Position numbers and translations under genes: made by a program. The notes under the pieces are model-generated. The model had not been told where the DNA came from and ran no database searches. It saw only the letters and a program-made list of their open reading frames with translations. Of a stretch of 64,000 nt of DNA, positions 34,933 through 47,200 are shown piece after piece. The stretch is from contig JAAOMT010000309.1 of NCBI GenBank assembly GCA_016748015.1, positions 186,001 through 250,000 of the forward strand. The letters run 5' to 3'. Every line of letters starts with the position of its first letter. Position 1 is the first letter of the stretch. Source of the DNA: Geosiphon pyriformis uo1. Taxonomy: Eukaryota > Fungi > Glomeromycota.

Positions 34933-37900
34933 AAGACAAATAGCAAAAAAAAACTTCTTTCTTTTATTTATTCCAAATTCTCAAAGAAGAGCCTAAATAT
35001 TTTTTGAAAGAAGTTTTTTCTATTTTCATCATTCAATATACTAATTCCAAACTGTTTGTGCTTGACTACAAGGCCATCATTGGCCCTAGTATTATAGTTC
35101 TAAACAAGTCAATTATGGAGCCTAGTTTTAACATTGGTATCAAGTCTGCTGAGTCTAAAAAAAAGAGAAAAGGTGGTGTTTTGAAGGATAATATTATTAA
35201 TAAAAAATTTGCTACTGCTAAAATGTTAAGTAGTCATTCTTGAGGTTCTAAAACTGGTGATACTACTGAGTCTAATAGTATGAATATGGAGAAAAAATGT
35301 TTAGTTGAGGAAACTAGCTTTGACTATGGAGATGGTGGAGCTCTTACTGGAGAGAACTCAAAGCAAATATCTAAAAGTTCAAAGATTCATACCAAAAAGA
35401 CACTTGGGAAGCCACTGAGGAAAATTAACTTCTTGGGTGATAATATTAATGATATACTTTTGGACAAACCTGTGGTTCTCTCTCTTTCTTTGAAGAATTT
35501 AGTCAATGTTTCTGTCAAGAAGTCTTTCACTTTGGATATTAACTTGAATAATATTGTTGAGAAATCTGTTCAAGAAAAGCTTGTGGTTGTCAGAAAATTG
35601 TTTTCAAAAATCAATAGTTTTGGAGAGGCCTCTACCCCCTCAAAATTTGCTGGGATCATCAGAGCAATGTTTACTTTCAAATTGAGTCTGGTGCAGGCTT
35701 CTAAAAAGGCTGTAGAAGCAAAGATCTTGGTAAACTCCAATCTCAAAAAATCATCTGGGCATTCAGATCAGACTGTGGTATTAAAAGAAATTCCTGTTGA
35801 AACATTAACTGAAGCTGTGCGTACTGCACTATCTGGTTTTGGTGTAGTAATGTCAATCAAAATGCAGTTGGTGGGTTTGTAACAAAAGACTATAGTTGAA
35901 TTTAGTAAGAGTGAACAGGCTAATTTAGTTGCTGCTTGTTGGTCTATCTTAATTGGGAAAGATGCTGTACATGTGATCAGGGCTGATTGAGACAAAGAAT
36001 TGTGAAACACAAGAGATCAACATAGGACTTTGCTCTATACTCTACCAATAGAAACGACTGTTTATAACATCTGAGACTATATTGGCTCTGTAAATAGAAA
36101 AACATGTACAATAGATTATCATCCTATTATGTATGCTCAGGCCAAATGCACTGTTGTTTGTTTTGAATCGGCCAATTCCTTGAATGCTGTTATGGAAACT
36201 ACTTCAGTTTTAAGGGGTGTGAATATGCATTGGTCTCCTTTGGGTTTTTCTAAATGTGCTAAATGTGGGAGATTGGGTCATATATCTTTGGGCTGTGCTG
36301 TAAGTAAAAATTTTTCCTCTAAGAAACCTTCTTGCAGACTTTTCTTAGACATAGATAAAAGCAGATTGGCAATCATCTATGCCAAGCATTTGGCTTCAAT
36401 TGCTCATCCTATTGCTTTTGGTGGGGTTTTTTGGGCAAAAATTGCTGGTGGAAATGCTTTTTCCCCTCTTCCTGTGTGAAAAGTGTCAATCAATTCTGGC
36501 TTCTCTTTAGAGATGAAGCCTATTCTCCCTGATATGAGTGATGTTGAAAAAAAGTTTGCTGTTTTGGAAAGCAGTTTTGCCAGCCTCGTGGGACAAATTA
36601 GTAAGTTGGCTAAGAGGTTGAACTTATTTATGCTAGCAGTTTCCCAGCCTAGCCCTAGATATTAGCTGCCAGTAACCTTCCCATTACAGGATCAGGTGAG
36701 TGATATAGTGATGAAAGAAGGTTTGAGTGAGGCCACAAGTGGTGAAACTGCTGCGACTTTGGACTCTTTTGCTTCTTCTGAAGTAAAAAGATTGGAAAAC
36801 ATGTTAGAAAAACTTTCTGCTTTGGTTTTAAGTCTTACAGCGAGATTTAATGGTTCAATTTTGGCTGGCAGTGCATTTTCCAAAACTTCTTCTCAATGAC
36901 CAGTCTAGTTTGGAAGATTGCCATATACAATGTTAAGGATTTGAATAATCCTGCAAAACAGCATAATGTAATTCATTGGCATAAAGAGAAGAACAATTTG
37001 ATTTCTATTGTTATTGAAACTAAGTTAAAGGGCAAGATCCACTCATAAATCATGAATAAATTTGATAGTGTTTGGGTTTTCACATCTGGTTTGTACTCTG
37101 GTCATTTGAGTTCTGATGTTGTGATTATCATGGACAATTCTTTAGCAAGACATGTGTGTAAGGTTTCCGAAGTTTTTGGTGGACTCTTTTCTCTCAAGTT
37201 ACTCTTTAAGAATAATTTTTCTGTGTCAATTTTGGGACTCTATGCTGGTGCTTCATTGGTGGTTTGGTTTTTTCAGACTAGTAAAATCAACTCTTTTATT
37301 GCAAAGGCAGTAAATGAGTTCTCTTTTGTTATTTTAAGTGGTGATTTCAATGAAAACGGGACCCAAAAGTGTGCTAGTTTTAAGAAGTGCTTTGATTTGG
37401 GTTTAGTTAATTCTCTAAGGGAAAGTTTGTTTGTCAAGATGCCTATGTGAACCAATTCTTGTGGTGTCGCTAAAGCTTTCGATTACATTCTTATTTCTTC
37501 ATATTTAGTTAATGCTGTAGTAGATGGTAGTGTGGCTGATGTTGAGGACTATTTTAATACCAATCACAAAGCTATTTATGCTTCTATGGGTTTGGGTGGT
37601 TTGTTTGATATCTATTTGGGTTTAATATACAAGCAGGTAAATAAGGATTACTGGAAGTTTGATGTCAAAAGTGCAGATGAAGCAAAATAGAATGAATTTA
37701 AAGATGCTACTGCAGCCAATACTGCTATGTTCTTGGATGAGTTTGAGTCAGCCAGAAAGTTCTCTGATTTAGATGCTATGTGAAATATTGTTTGCAAAGT
37801 AATAATCTTTTTAGCTAATAGTGCTTTTAAGAAGAAATGGTTTAAGGGTTATAATGGAGTGTTTATTAAAGAGTTTTCCAAGTTATATAACTTGGAGATT

Positions 37901-40900
37901 TTGGTTTCAAAAATTGTCAAGACTTCTCGCAAAGTGGGCTTTGGCAGATTTGAGTCTCTGTTAAGATGTTGGGTTTCTATAAATAATAACAAAGCTTCTG
38001 TTGTTTGGAATCTTGTGAGTTCTGGTGCAAGTTTGGATTGTATCTATTCTGCTCTTTGTGGTGTAAGAAGGTTTTATTATGTCTCTAAGCTTGCTAAGTC
38101 TTTGCAAGCTAAGAAGTTGGGCATTAGATTAGCTATTGAAAAAAGAATGGAGAGTTTTGTGGTCAACAAAGGCCACACAATCCATAGTGTTTTGGAATGT
38201 CCATTCCACAAAGTGGTATTGGATCATTTGGTTTCTGATAATGGTTTGATTTTGGACTCAGTAGAAGTTAAAAATAAGGTAGATGGTATTATGGAGGATT
38301 AGATGAGGAAGAGGACCATGCTAAAAAGTGTTCCTGATTTGTGGCAGCATCAATACCTGTTATTGGATTATGTCAACAATAATGCTTTTTCTGGTGTAAT
38401 GAATGCTATTAGTTTGGATGACTTGATGTGTGTAATTAAGGATTTACCAGATGGTAAAGCTGCTGGCTTGTCTGGTATTTCAAATAAACTTTGGAAACAT
38501 TGTAATGATTCTGTGCTAGACTTGCTTCTGGATCTTCTGAATATTTGTTTAATGTGTGAGTCAGTTCTCTGCTGTTAAAAAGAAGCTTGAGTGTCAATGA
38601 TTCCCAAGCCTTATGAGTGGGAGGATATCTTAACAAATACTAGACCAATTGCTTTAATTGAGACTGCTTGTAAGATTCTTTTTAAGTTGCTGTCTGACAG
38701 GATTTCATCAGCATGTGGTCTATTCAATGTACTTTATGGAAACAATTTTCTGTGCTTAAGAGCACTACTACTCAGTCTCTTATTTTTGTTATTGGTTTGG
38801 TTGTAGAAAATGCTTTGGAGAAGAATTATGAACTTTGGCTTGTGCTGCAAGATATGTGTAAAGCCTATAACTTTGTGGGTTGGCATCACTTGTATAATAG
38901 TTTGGTTTGGATCAAAATGTGTAAACATTTTATTAGGTTTTTTGGCTCTATTCACAATGACTGTGTTAATTGGGTTATGACTGATTTTGGTCTTACTAAT
39001 GGGTATTGGGTGCATGATGATCTTAATTAAGGTGAAGTCTTTTCTCCTTTGCTGTGAAGAATTTTTTACGACCCTCTTCTGTGTGAGGTCAAAAGACAAG
39101 AAAGTTTGTATGAATACAGTATTGATACTAAGTTTGTAGCTAGAACAAGTAGAATAGAACACCAAGACAGTTTGACTTTGTTTCTGGCTGCTGGTGCATT
39201 TGTAAATGATACTATTTGGGTGGGTAGCAGTCAGGTTGTCACTCAGTATATCTTGAATACAGCAAGTGAATTTTTCAGAGTGAACAACATTTCTATTAAT
39301 AACAAGAAAACTGTAGCCATTCCAATCAATCAGAGAGTTAGTAATATATTATTGTTAATTAGTGGTCTGCCAATTTCAATTGCTCGCAGAAAGAAGTTTT
39401 ATCAGTACTTTGGCATTTATTTGTTATCTAAGAGTTTGTCCAAACAAAGTTTGGCTAAGGTGCATCCAAACATCAAGTTTTTGTCAATTTGGTTCTTAAG
39501 AAAGCTATTTCAGACAAACAGTTTCTTTATCTAGTGTCAGCTGTATTACAACCCATTGTCAGTTATAGGACTCAGTTTAGCTTCATTTCTAAAAATGTGT
39601 GTATGAAATGAGATATGTTGATTAAGAGAGAGTTGAGACTTAAGGCTGGTCTTCCAAGAGACTTTTCCAATGAGGCTCTTCACCATTCTTCTTTGTATGG
39701 CTTGAAATCTTTTAAGCAGTTGTAAACTAAGTGCAAAGTGGCTTTTGTGTTGTGTTTCTTAAATACTAGTGGTGTTCTTGGTCGTTTGTTCAATCATAGG
39801 TCTCTGGATCTTCAGATTCTGGGTTGTTCACCTATTCACTCTCTATGTTGTCTGATTAGATTGCATATTAGTCTGGTCAATAATTTTTTGGCAGGTGTTA
39901 TTAGAATTTTTTTGAACTATGACATGTCTCTTGACAATCTCTCTGTTTCTGCATTTGGCTTTCTTGGTAGAACACTAATATCTACTTTTATAATGTTTCT
40001 TCTTCTCTCAAAAAGTTTGGGGTTGCTTTTGCTGAGCAGTTATATATCAAAAAAGATTTGATTTTTGATTGGAAAACCTTTCATCATTGGAAGAAACTTG
40101 ATCCAAGGGGTCCTGTCCTTCGTTGGTTCATTTTGGTTTGTGATTTTTTGGTTTGATCTTTTCTTTCTGATGATTTGCATGTTAAAAGTTTGTGGACTAT
40201 AAATGTTTGCAGCTCAGGTACAGTTTCCAGATTGGGCCAGTATTTTTCTTCTGCAAATATGAAAGTTGTTAATGTTTATACTGATGGATTGTTAAGGGAT
40301 TTGGGTTTATGTGAAATGAAGTGTGATGCTGCTGCTTACTTCTTGGATTTGGATTTGGGTATTGGTGCTAAGGTTGGTGGATTGGTGTCTTTGACTATGG
40401 TAAAACTGCAGACAATTGCTTTGGCTTTGGAGTGTGTTCTCTCTGATAGTTTAGTAGTGGTTTATTCAGAAAGTCAGGCTGCTTTGGATGCATGTGTGGC
40501 TGAATCTGCTCTGGTGTCTCTAGATTTCTGCAACTACTGTTGGATGGAATAGCATAGCATTGTCAATTTAATTAGAGAAAAGCAGCTTGATGTTTCTTGG
40601 CATAAGATAAAAGAACATTTGGGTGTTATAGGTAATAAACGTGTTAATGAGTTAGCCAGGTCTGGCAATGAACTCTTCTTTGGCACTTCCTGTTTTGGTT
40701 AAGAAGAAATTTATCAAGACTGGCAGAGTGGCAGTGTCTGAGAACATTCATCATTTTGCCCATGAGATTTTCAAATCTATTAATCATGTTTGTTGGGAGA
40801 TTGGTTCTGGTTTCAATGTTATTGATGATAGTTTATGTGGTAATGTGAACTGGTTTTATACTGCTTTGGTATGGTACCCTGACTTCCATATGGCAACTGG

Positions 40901-41100
40901 CTTTACTAGTAAATCTACAGCTGGTTTGTGTTCTTATTTTTTAAAGACCTTCCACTGCCATTTTCTGATTGCTGTACAGAAGCATTTGTATAGTAAGATC
41001 TACCTGAGTGTTTTGTGTTTGCACTGTGGTGAAGTGGAAAGTTCTGACCACTCCTTTGTTTGTATATTTGACTCTGATGCTCATAAAAGCATTTTCAAGT
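34933..41100 (+). mobile_element. LINE family A, copy 2 (5' end to Zn motif; cut by a gap). ORF1 ~35115-36899; ORF2 from 36896
   Basis: Preceded by ATTTGTTAC (34924-34932); CAKCGRLGHISLGC knuckle; GDFNE; QDMCKAY; AFVND; YTDG. Confidence 0.94.
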
Positions 41101-42228
41101 NNNNNNNNNNNNNNNNNNNNTTTATTATGATTGTTATTTTCAATCATATTATCATTTTTGCTTCAAACTTTATTATCATTATTATTTTCAATCCTACTGT
41201 TATTATTGTTCCCAATGTCACTTCTAATATTTTTGTTGCCAAACCTGTACTTATTTTTACCACTCTTATTTATAATAACAGTAGAATTTGAAATAACTGA
41301 ATTGGAGGGTCTTTTGATAGGCTTAATAGAAATAAAAAAACAAAGAAAAGAAGAACTGAAATAAATCTGTATACTTTGTGCTTAAATATTGATATTGATG
41401 TGGAAATTTTTTATTTTTTAAAAAATTCAATATCCAAATAATAGATTTTGAAGAAAAATTTTCAAAATAAACACACTTATTTTACAACAAAATATTAAAA
41501 TGTTTATTAAGTTAATTATTAAGCCAAATTTCTGACTCTCTAATTTGTGCAAATTTTTTAGTAATTTGCACTTCAGAGTAATATGTTATATACCTTTTTT
41601 TTCTATTTGCAATTAAACTAGCTTTTGTTAAGCAGACATACAACTGTTAGCAAAATATTTTGTGATTAAATTGATGTAAATATTATTATTCAGCAATAAA
41701 TATATAAAATTATATACTTATCACTTACTTTATAACTGCCTTATACATGTACACAAATTTAGGCATATCCAACCAGTCTTTTGATAGAGAATAGTAATCA
41801 ACTTTGAATAATCTATATGCATCTAAAAAAAATATTCAAATATGTTAAGAGATTATGCTTACACTTAGTTTAAAGCATTATATTACAATTCATATCATAA
41901 AAGTCAAGCATCATTAATAATACTCCCTTATAAGTCAATTTGATCTTAAAAATAATACCAAACACCAAAAAAGAGACCACCCATTTAGCAAATTTTTAAT
42001 AATTAGCAATAGTTTCTTAAGCACTATTAGTAAAAACACCAGAAATCAAAAGAAAAGATGATTTAATATCTATTTAGTTAGTCCAGTTCTCAAGAACAAG
42101 TAACACTACAGAAGTTGATTGTTTTGCTTCTAAAACTGGCAATAATTTGCCAGAAGACATCACATTTGGCAATACAACCAGTGGTTAATTTTGGCCTATA
42201 ATATGTCANNNNNNNNNNNNNNNNNNNN

Positions 42229-42384
42229 CACTAAAGGAACAACAAAAAGATTAGTAAGTTGAGAAATTGTGAAAACTGAGCAAAAATAAAAGATAAAAAC
42301 AGATATAAAAAACAAAAACTTCTTCAAAAAATGCATTATTTCAGAAATTTAGAATGTAGGGAAAAAAGAAGTTTTTTTTTAATA
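42229..42384 (-). mobile_element. Duplicate of the LINE B 5' end with the same flank
   Basis: Matches ~33305-33460 and continues colinearly with 33461-34710. Confidence 0.9.
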
Positions 42385-43439
42385 TTTAATCCAATTTGGC
42401 AAATTCTACTATAATCTTTTACTATAGCTTAATTAATTATAATTTGATAAACACAATTTGACCAAATTTGACTACTGTAGTAATAATTATTTTTTTTAGC
42501 ATATCTATAAATTTTTTTTGATTATTACAGCTTAATTTGAATGTATTTCTTGTTTTTTAAGATTATTATTTATAATAAATATCTTTTTTTTTAGCCAATA
42601 ACACAGCTTTTTTTATGTTTTTTTCTGTATAAATATTGATCTAATAATTTTTTTAAATTTTGAGAAAGTAGTAGTCTTCTAAAACCATTGATTATTGAAA
42701 AAATTTTCTTGATTACTTGAGTTTTTACTGTTACTAACTTGTTTTTTACAGCTAAAAGATTAATATTTAAAGCAAAAAATTTCTTAATAGCTATTTCAAC
42801 TTGAATTTTTATTATCTTAAAGTTAATTTATTTTTTGTTTAATGAAATATTAAAAGAAGATAAAAAAGAACAATTTTTTTTTCTATATTAAAAACAAAAA
42901 GGCTAAGAAAAAAGCCACAATTCAAACCAGAAATTATTTTTTTGGTCTTAAAAATAGTAATAGTTAAATCCAAAAAATGCTCTTATTAATACCAATTATG
43001 AAATTATTGTTTTTATTATTATTAAACTTATTATTTATCTGAATAAACACTACTATTAGAACTAGATCTAATCAAGGAAATATTTTTTTTATTACTAAAG
43101 TATTTAATATATTAAAAATAATTTTCTTTTTTTGAAAAAAATAGCTTTTAATAAGATCATAAAAGTCTTTTTGGGCATTTTTTTTAGATATACTACTATT
43201 TAAAACAGTTTCCAAGTTCACAATAAAAGGTTATTAGCTTAAAAAATATTAAAAAAAAAAACAAAAAACTTTTTTTTCAAAATTATGCTCTTTGGAAATT
43301 TAAAACATAGAAAAAAAAAAGGTTGAACTTAATTTAAATTAAATTAAATTTGTTAATACCAATATTAAAAATAATAAAAAACTATTAATTTTAATTTTAT
43401 AGAAAATTAACAAAAAAAATTAGTATTAAAAAAGATTTT

Positions 43440-44266
43440 GGCTTTTTACTAATAATAATATGTTTTTAGTAAGATTATGTTAAATATTAATTATAAAAAA
43501 TTATATAATATAATTAAAAATTTGCCAAATAGCAAAATTATTAAATTGTTTAATTAAAACTGTTAAAAAAATTTTTTATGATTTTGTTTAATTATTTTTT
43601 GGCTGTTTACAGCAAATTTAATATTTTTTAAGTAAAAAATTTAAAAACTTTAATTGATTTATAAGATATGTTAAATTTTTTGAAAATTTTACAATAATTA
43701 TGTAAATAAAATAATAACAAATTTTAATTTAATTAATAATTATATAATAAATAATAGTTTAGATTAAGATAAAATTTTTTTTTTAGTTTTTAAAAAAAAT
43801 TTTATGATTTTTTTTTGTTTAAAGTAAAAAAACATAAATACTTATGTAATTATAAAATAAATTTTAAGTTTATTATTAAAACTGATAAAATTAAAATACA
43901 AACTAGTTTGATTTTATACTTAATAATTAAATATTTATTAAAAATTAAAAATAATAAAATTATTATTTAATATATTTTAAATATTACAAATAAATTTTTA
44001 TTATTAATAATATCTTAATAAATATTAACAAAATAATAACTATTGACTAAAAGATTAAAAAAGTTTTTCTGCTAATTAATAATTTGTTATTTTTATTGCA
44101 AAAATAAATTTTTTATAAATATTTATTTATTTATTAATAAATAATTTGTTTAAATTTAGTATAATTAAAATATAAATTTTTTGTTAATATAATAAGATAT
44201 ATTAATTAAAAAAAATTTAAAATTTAAAGTAAATTTATCAATAAATTTTTTTTTAAGTTATTTTTT
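43440..44266 (+). pseudogene. Hypermutated LINE ORF2 fossil (family E, RT region), target of the LINE A insertion; also ~34510-34923, 51010-51767 and ~54330-54560
   Basis: AAGATATATTAATTAAAAAAAATTTAAAATTTAAAGTAAATTTATCA ~ WDVLIRKGLKLKANLP; the reading resumes after the LINE A poly(A). Confidence 0.65.
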
Positions 44267-44275
44267 ATTTGTTAC

Positions 44276-47200
44276 AAGACAAATAGCAAAAAAAAACTTC
44301 TTTCTTTCATTTATTCCAAATTCTCAAAAAAAAGCCTAAATATTTTTTGAAAGAAGTTTTTTCTATTTTCATCATTTAATATACTAATTCCAAACTGTTT
44401 GTGCTTGACTACAAGGCCATCATTGGCCCTAGTATTGTAGTTCTAAACAAGTCAATTATGGAGTCTAGCTTTAACATTGGTGTCAAGTCTGCTGAGTCCA
44501 GAAAAAAGATAATATTGGTAATAGAAAATTTGCTACTGCTAAGGTGTTAAGTGGTCATTCTTGGGATTCTGAAACCGGTGATACTACTAAGTCTAATAGT
44601 ATGAATATAGAGAAAAAATGTTTAGTTGAGAAAACTAGCTTTGACCATGGAGATGATGGAGCTCTTACTAAAGAGAACTCAAAGCAAACATCTAAAGGTT
44701 CGAAGATTCATATCAAAAAGGCACTTGGGAAGCCACTGAGGAAAATTAACTTCTTGGATAATAATATTAATGATATACTTTTGGACAAACCTGTGGTTCT
44801 CTCTCTTTTTTTGAAGAATTTAGTCAATGTTTCTGTCAAGAAGTCTTTCACTTTGGATATTAACTTGGATAATATTGTTGAGAAATCTGTTCAAGAAAAG
44901 CTTGTGGTTGTCAGGAAATTGTTTTCAAAAATCAATAGTTTTAGAGAGGCCTCTATCCCCTCAAAATTTGCTGGGATCATCAAAGCAATGTTTACTTTCG
45001 AATTGAGTCTGGTGCAGGCTTCTAAAAAGGCTGTAAAAGCAAAGATCTTGGTAAACTCCAATCTCAAAAAATTATTTGGGCATTCAGATCGAACTGTGGT
45101 ATTAAAAGAAATTCCTATTGAAACATTAACTGAAGCTGTGCATGCTGCACTATCTGGTTTTGGTGTAGTGATGTCAATCAAAATGCAGTTGGTAGGTTTG
45201 TGACAAAAGGCTATAGTTGAATTTAGTAAGAGTGAATAGGCTAATTTAGTTGCTGCTTGTTGGTCTATTTTAATTGGGAAAAATGCTGTACATGTGATCA
45301 GGGCTGATTGAGACAAAGAATTGTGAGAACAAGAGATCAACATAGGGCTTTGCTCTATACTCTGTCAATAGAAATGACTGTTCATAACATCTGAGACTAT
45401 ATTGGCTCTGTGAATAGAAAAACATGTACAATAGATTATCATCCTATTATGTATGCTCAGACCAAATGCACTGTTGTTTGTTTTGAATTGGCCAATTCCT
45501 TGAATGCTGTCATGGAAACTACTTCAGTTTTAAGGGGTGTGAATATGCATTGGTCTCCTTTGGGTTTTTCTAAATGTGCTGAATGTGGGAGATTGGGTCA
45601 TATATCTTTGGGTTGTGCTGTAGGTGAGAATTTTTCCTCTAAAAAACCTTCTTGCAGACCTTTCTTAGACATAAATAAAAGCAGATTGGCAATTATCTAT
45701 GCCAAGCATTTGGCTTCAATTGCTCATTCTATTGCTTTTGGTAGGGTTTTTTGGGCAAAAATTGCTAATGGAAATGCTTTTTCCCCTCTTCCTGTGTGAA
45801 AAGTGTCAATTAATTCTGGCTTCTCTTTAGAGATGAAACCTATTTTCCTTGATATAAGTGATGTTGAAAAAAAGTTTGCTGTTTTGGAAAGCAGTCTTGC
45901 CAGTCTCGTGGGACAAATTAGTAAGTTGGCTAAGAGGTTGAACTCATTTATGCTAGCAGTTTTCCAGCCTTGCCCTGGATATTAGCTGTTGGTGACCTTT
46001 CCATTACAGGATCAGGTGAGTGATATAGTGATGAAAGAAGATTTGGGTAAGGCCACAAGTGGTGAAACTGCTGCAATTTTAGACTCTTTTGCTTCTTCTG
46101 AAGTAAAAAGATTGGAAAACATGTTGAAAAGACTTTTTGCTTTGGTTCTAAGTCTTACAGCGAGATTTAATGGTTCAATTTTGGCTGGCAGTGCACTTTC
46201 CAAAACTTCTTCTCAATAACCAGTCTAGTTTGGAAGATTGCCACATACAATGTTAAGGATTTAAATAATCCTGCAAAACAGCATAATGTAATTCATTGGC
46301 ATAAAGAGAAGAACAATTTGATTTCTATTGTTATTGAAACTAAGTTAAAAGGCAAGATCTACTTATGGATCATGAATAAATTTAATAGTGTCTGGGTTTT
46401 TACATCTGGTTTGTACTCTGGTCATTTGAGTTCTAATGTTGCGATTATCATGAACAATTCTTTAGCAAGACATGTGTGTAAGGTTTCTGAAGTTTTTGGT
46501 GGACTCTTTTCTCTCAAGTTACTCTTCAAGAATAATCTTTCTGTGTCAATTTTGGGACTCTATGCTGGTGCTTCATTGGTGGTCTGGTTTTCTCAGGCTG
46601 GTAAAATCAACTCTCTCATTGCAAAGGCAGTAAATGAGTTCTCTTTTATTATTTTGGGTGGTGATTTCAATGAAAACGGGACCCAGAAGTGTGCTAGCTT
46701 TAAGAAGTGCTTTGATTTGGGTTTAGTTAATTCTCTAAAAGAAAGTTTGTTTGTCAAGATGCCTATGTGAACCAATTCTTGTGGTGTCGCTAAAGCTCTT
46801 GATTACATTCTTATTTCTTCATGTTTAGTCAATGCTGTAGTAGATGGTAGTGTGGCTGATGTTGAGAACTATTTTAATACCAATCACAAAGCTATTTATG
46901 CTTCTATGGGTTTGGGTGGTTTGTTTGATATCTATTTGGGTTTAATATACAAGCAGGTGAATAAGGATTACTGGAAGTTTAATGTCAAAAGTGCAGATGA
47001 AGCAAAATAGAATGAATTTAAAGATGCTACTGCAGCCAATACTGCTATGTTCTTGGATGAGTTTGAGTTAGCCAGAAAGTTCTCTGATTTAGATGCTATA
47101 TGGAATATTGTTTGCAAAGTAATAATCTTTTTAGCTAATGGTGCTTTTAAGAAGAAATGGTTTAAGAGTTATAATGAAGTGTTTATTAAAGAGTTTTCCA

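Noticed and set aside
35768-36010. Antisense ORFs within LINE and Gypsy coding regions (also 31631-31993, 44891-45343 and others)
   Set aside because: Shadows of the sense coding frames, with no independent support
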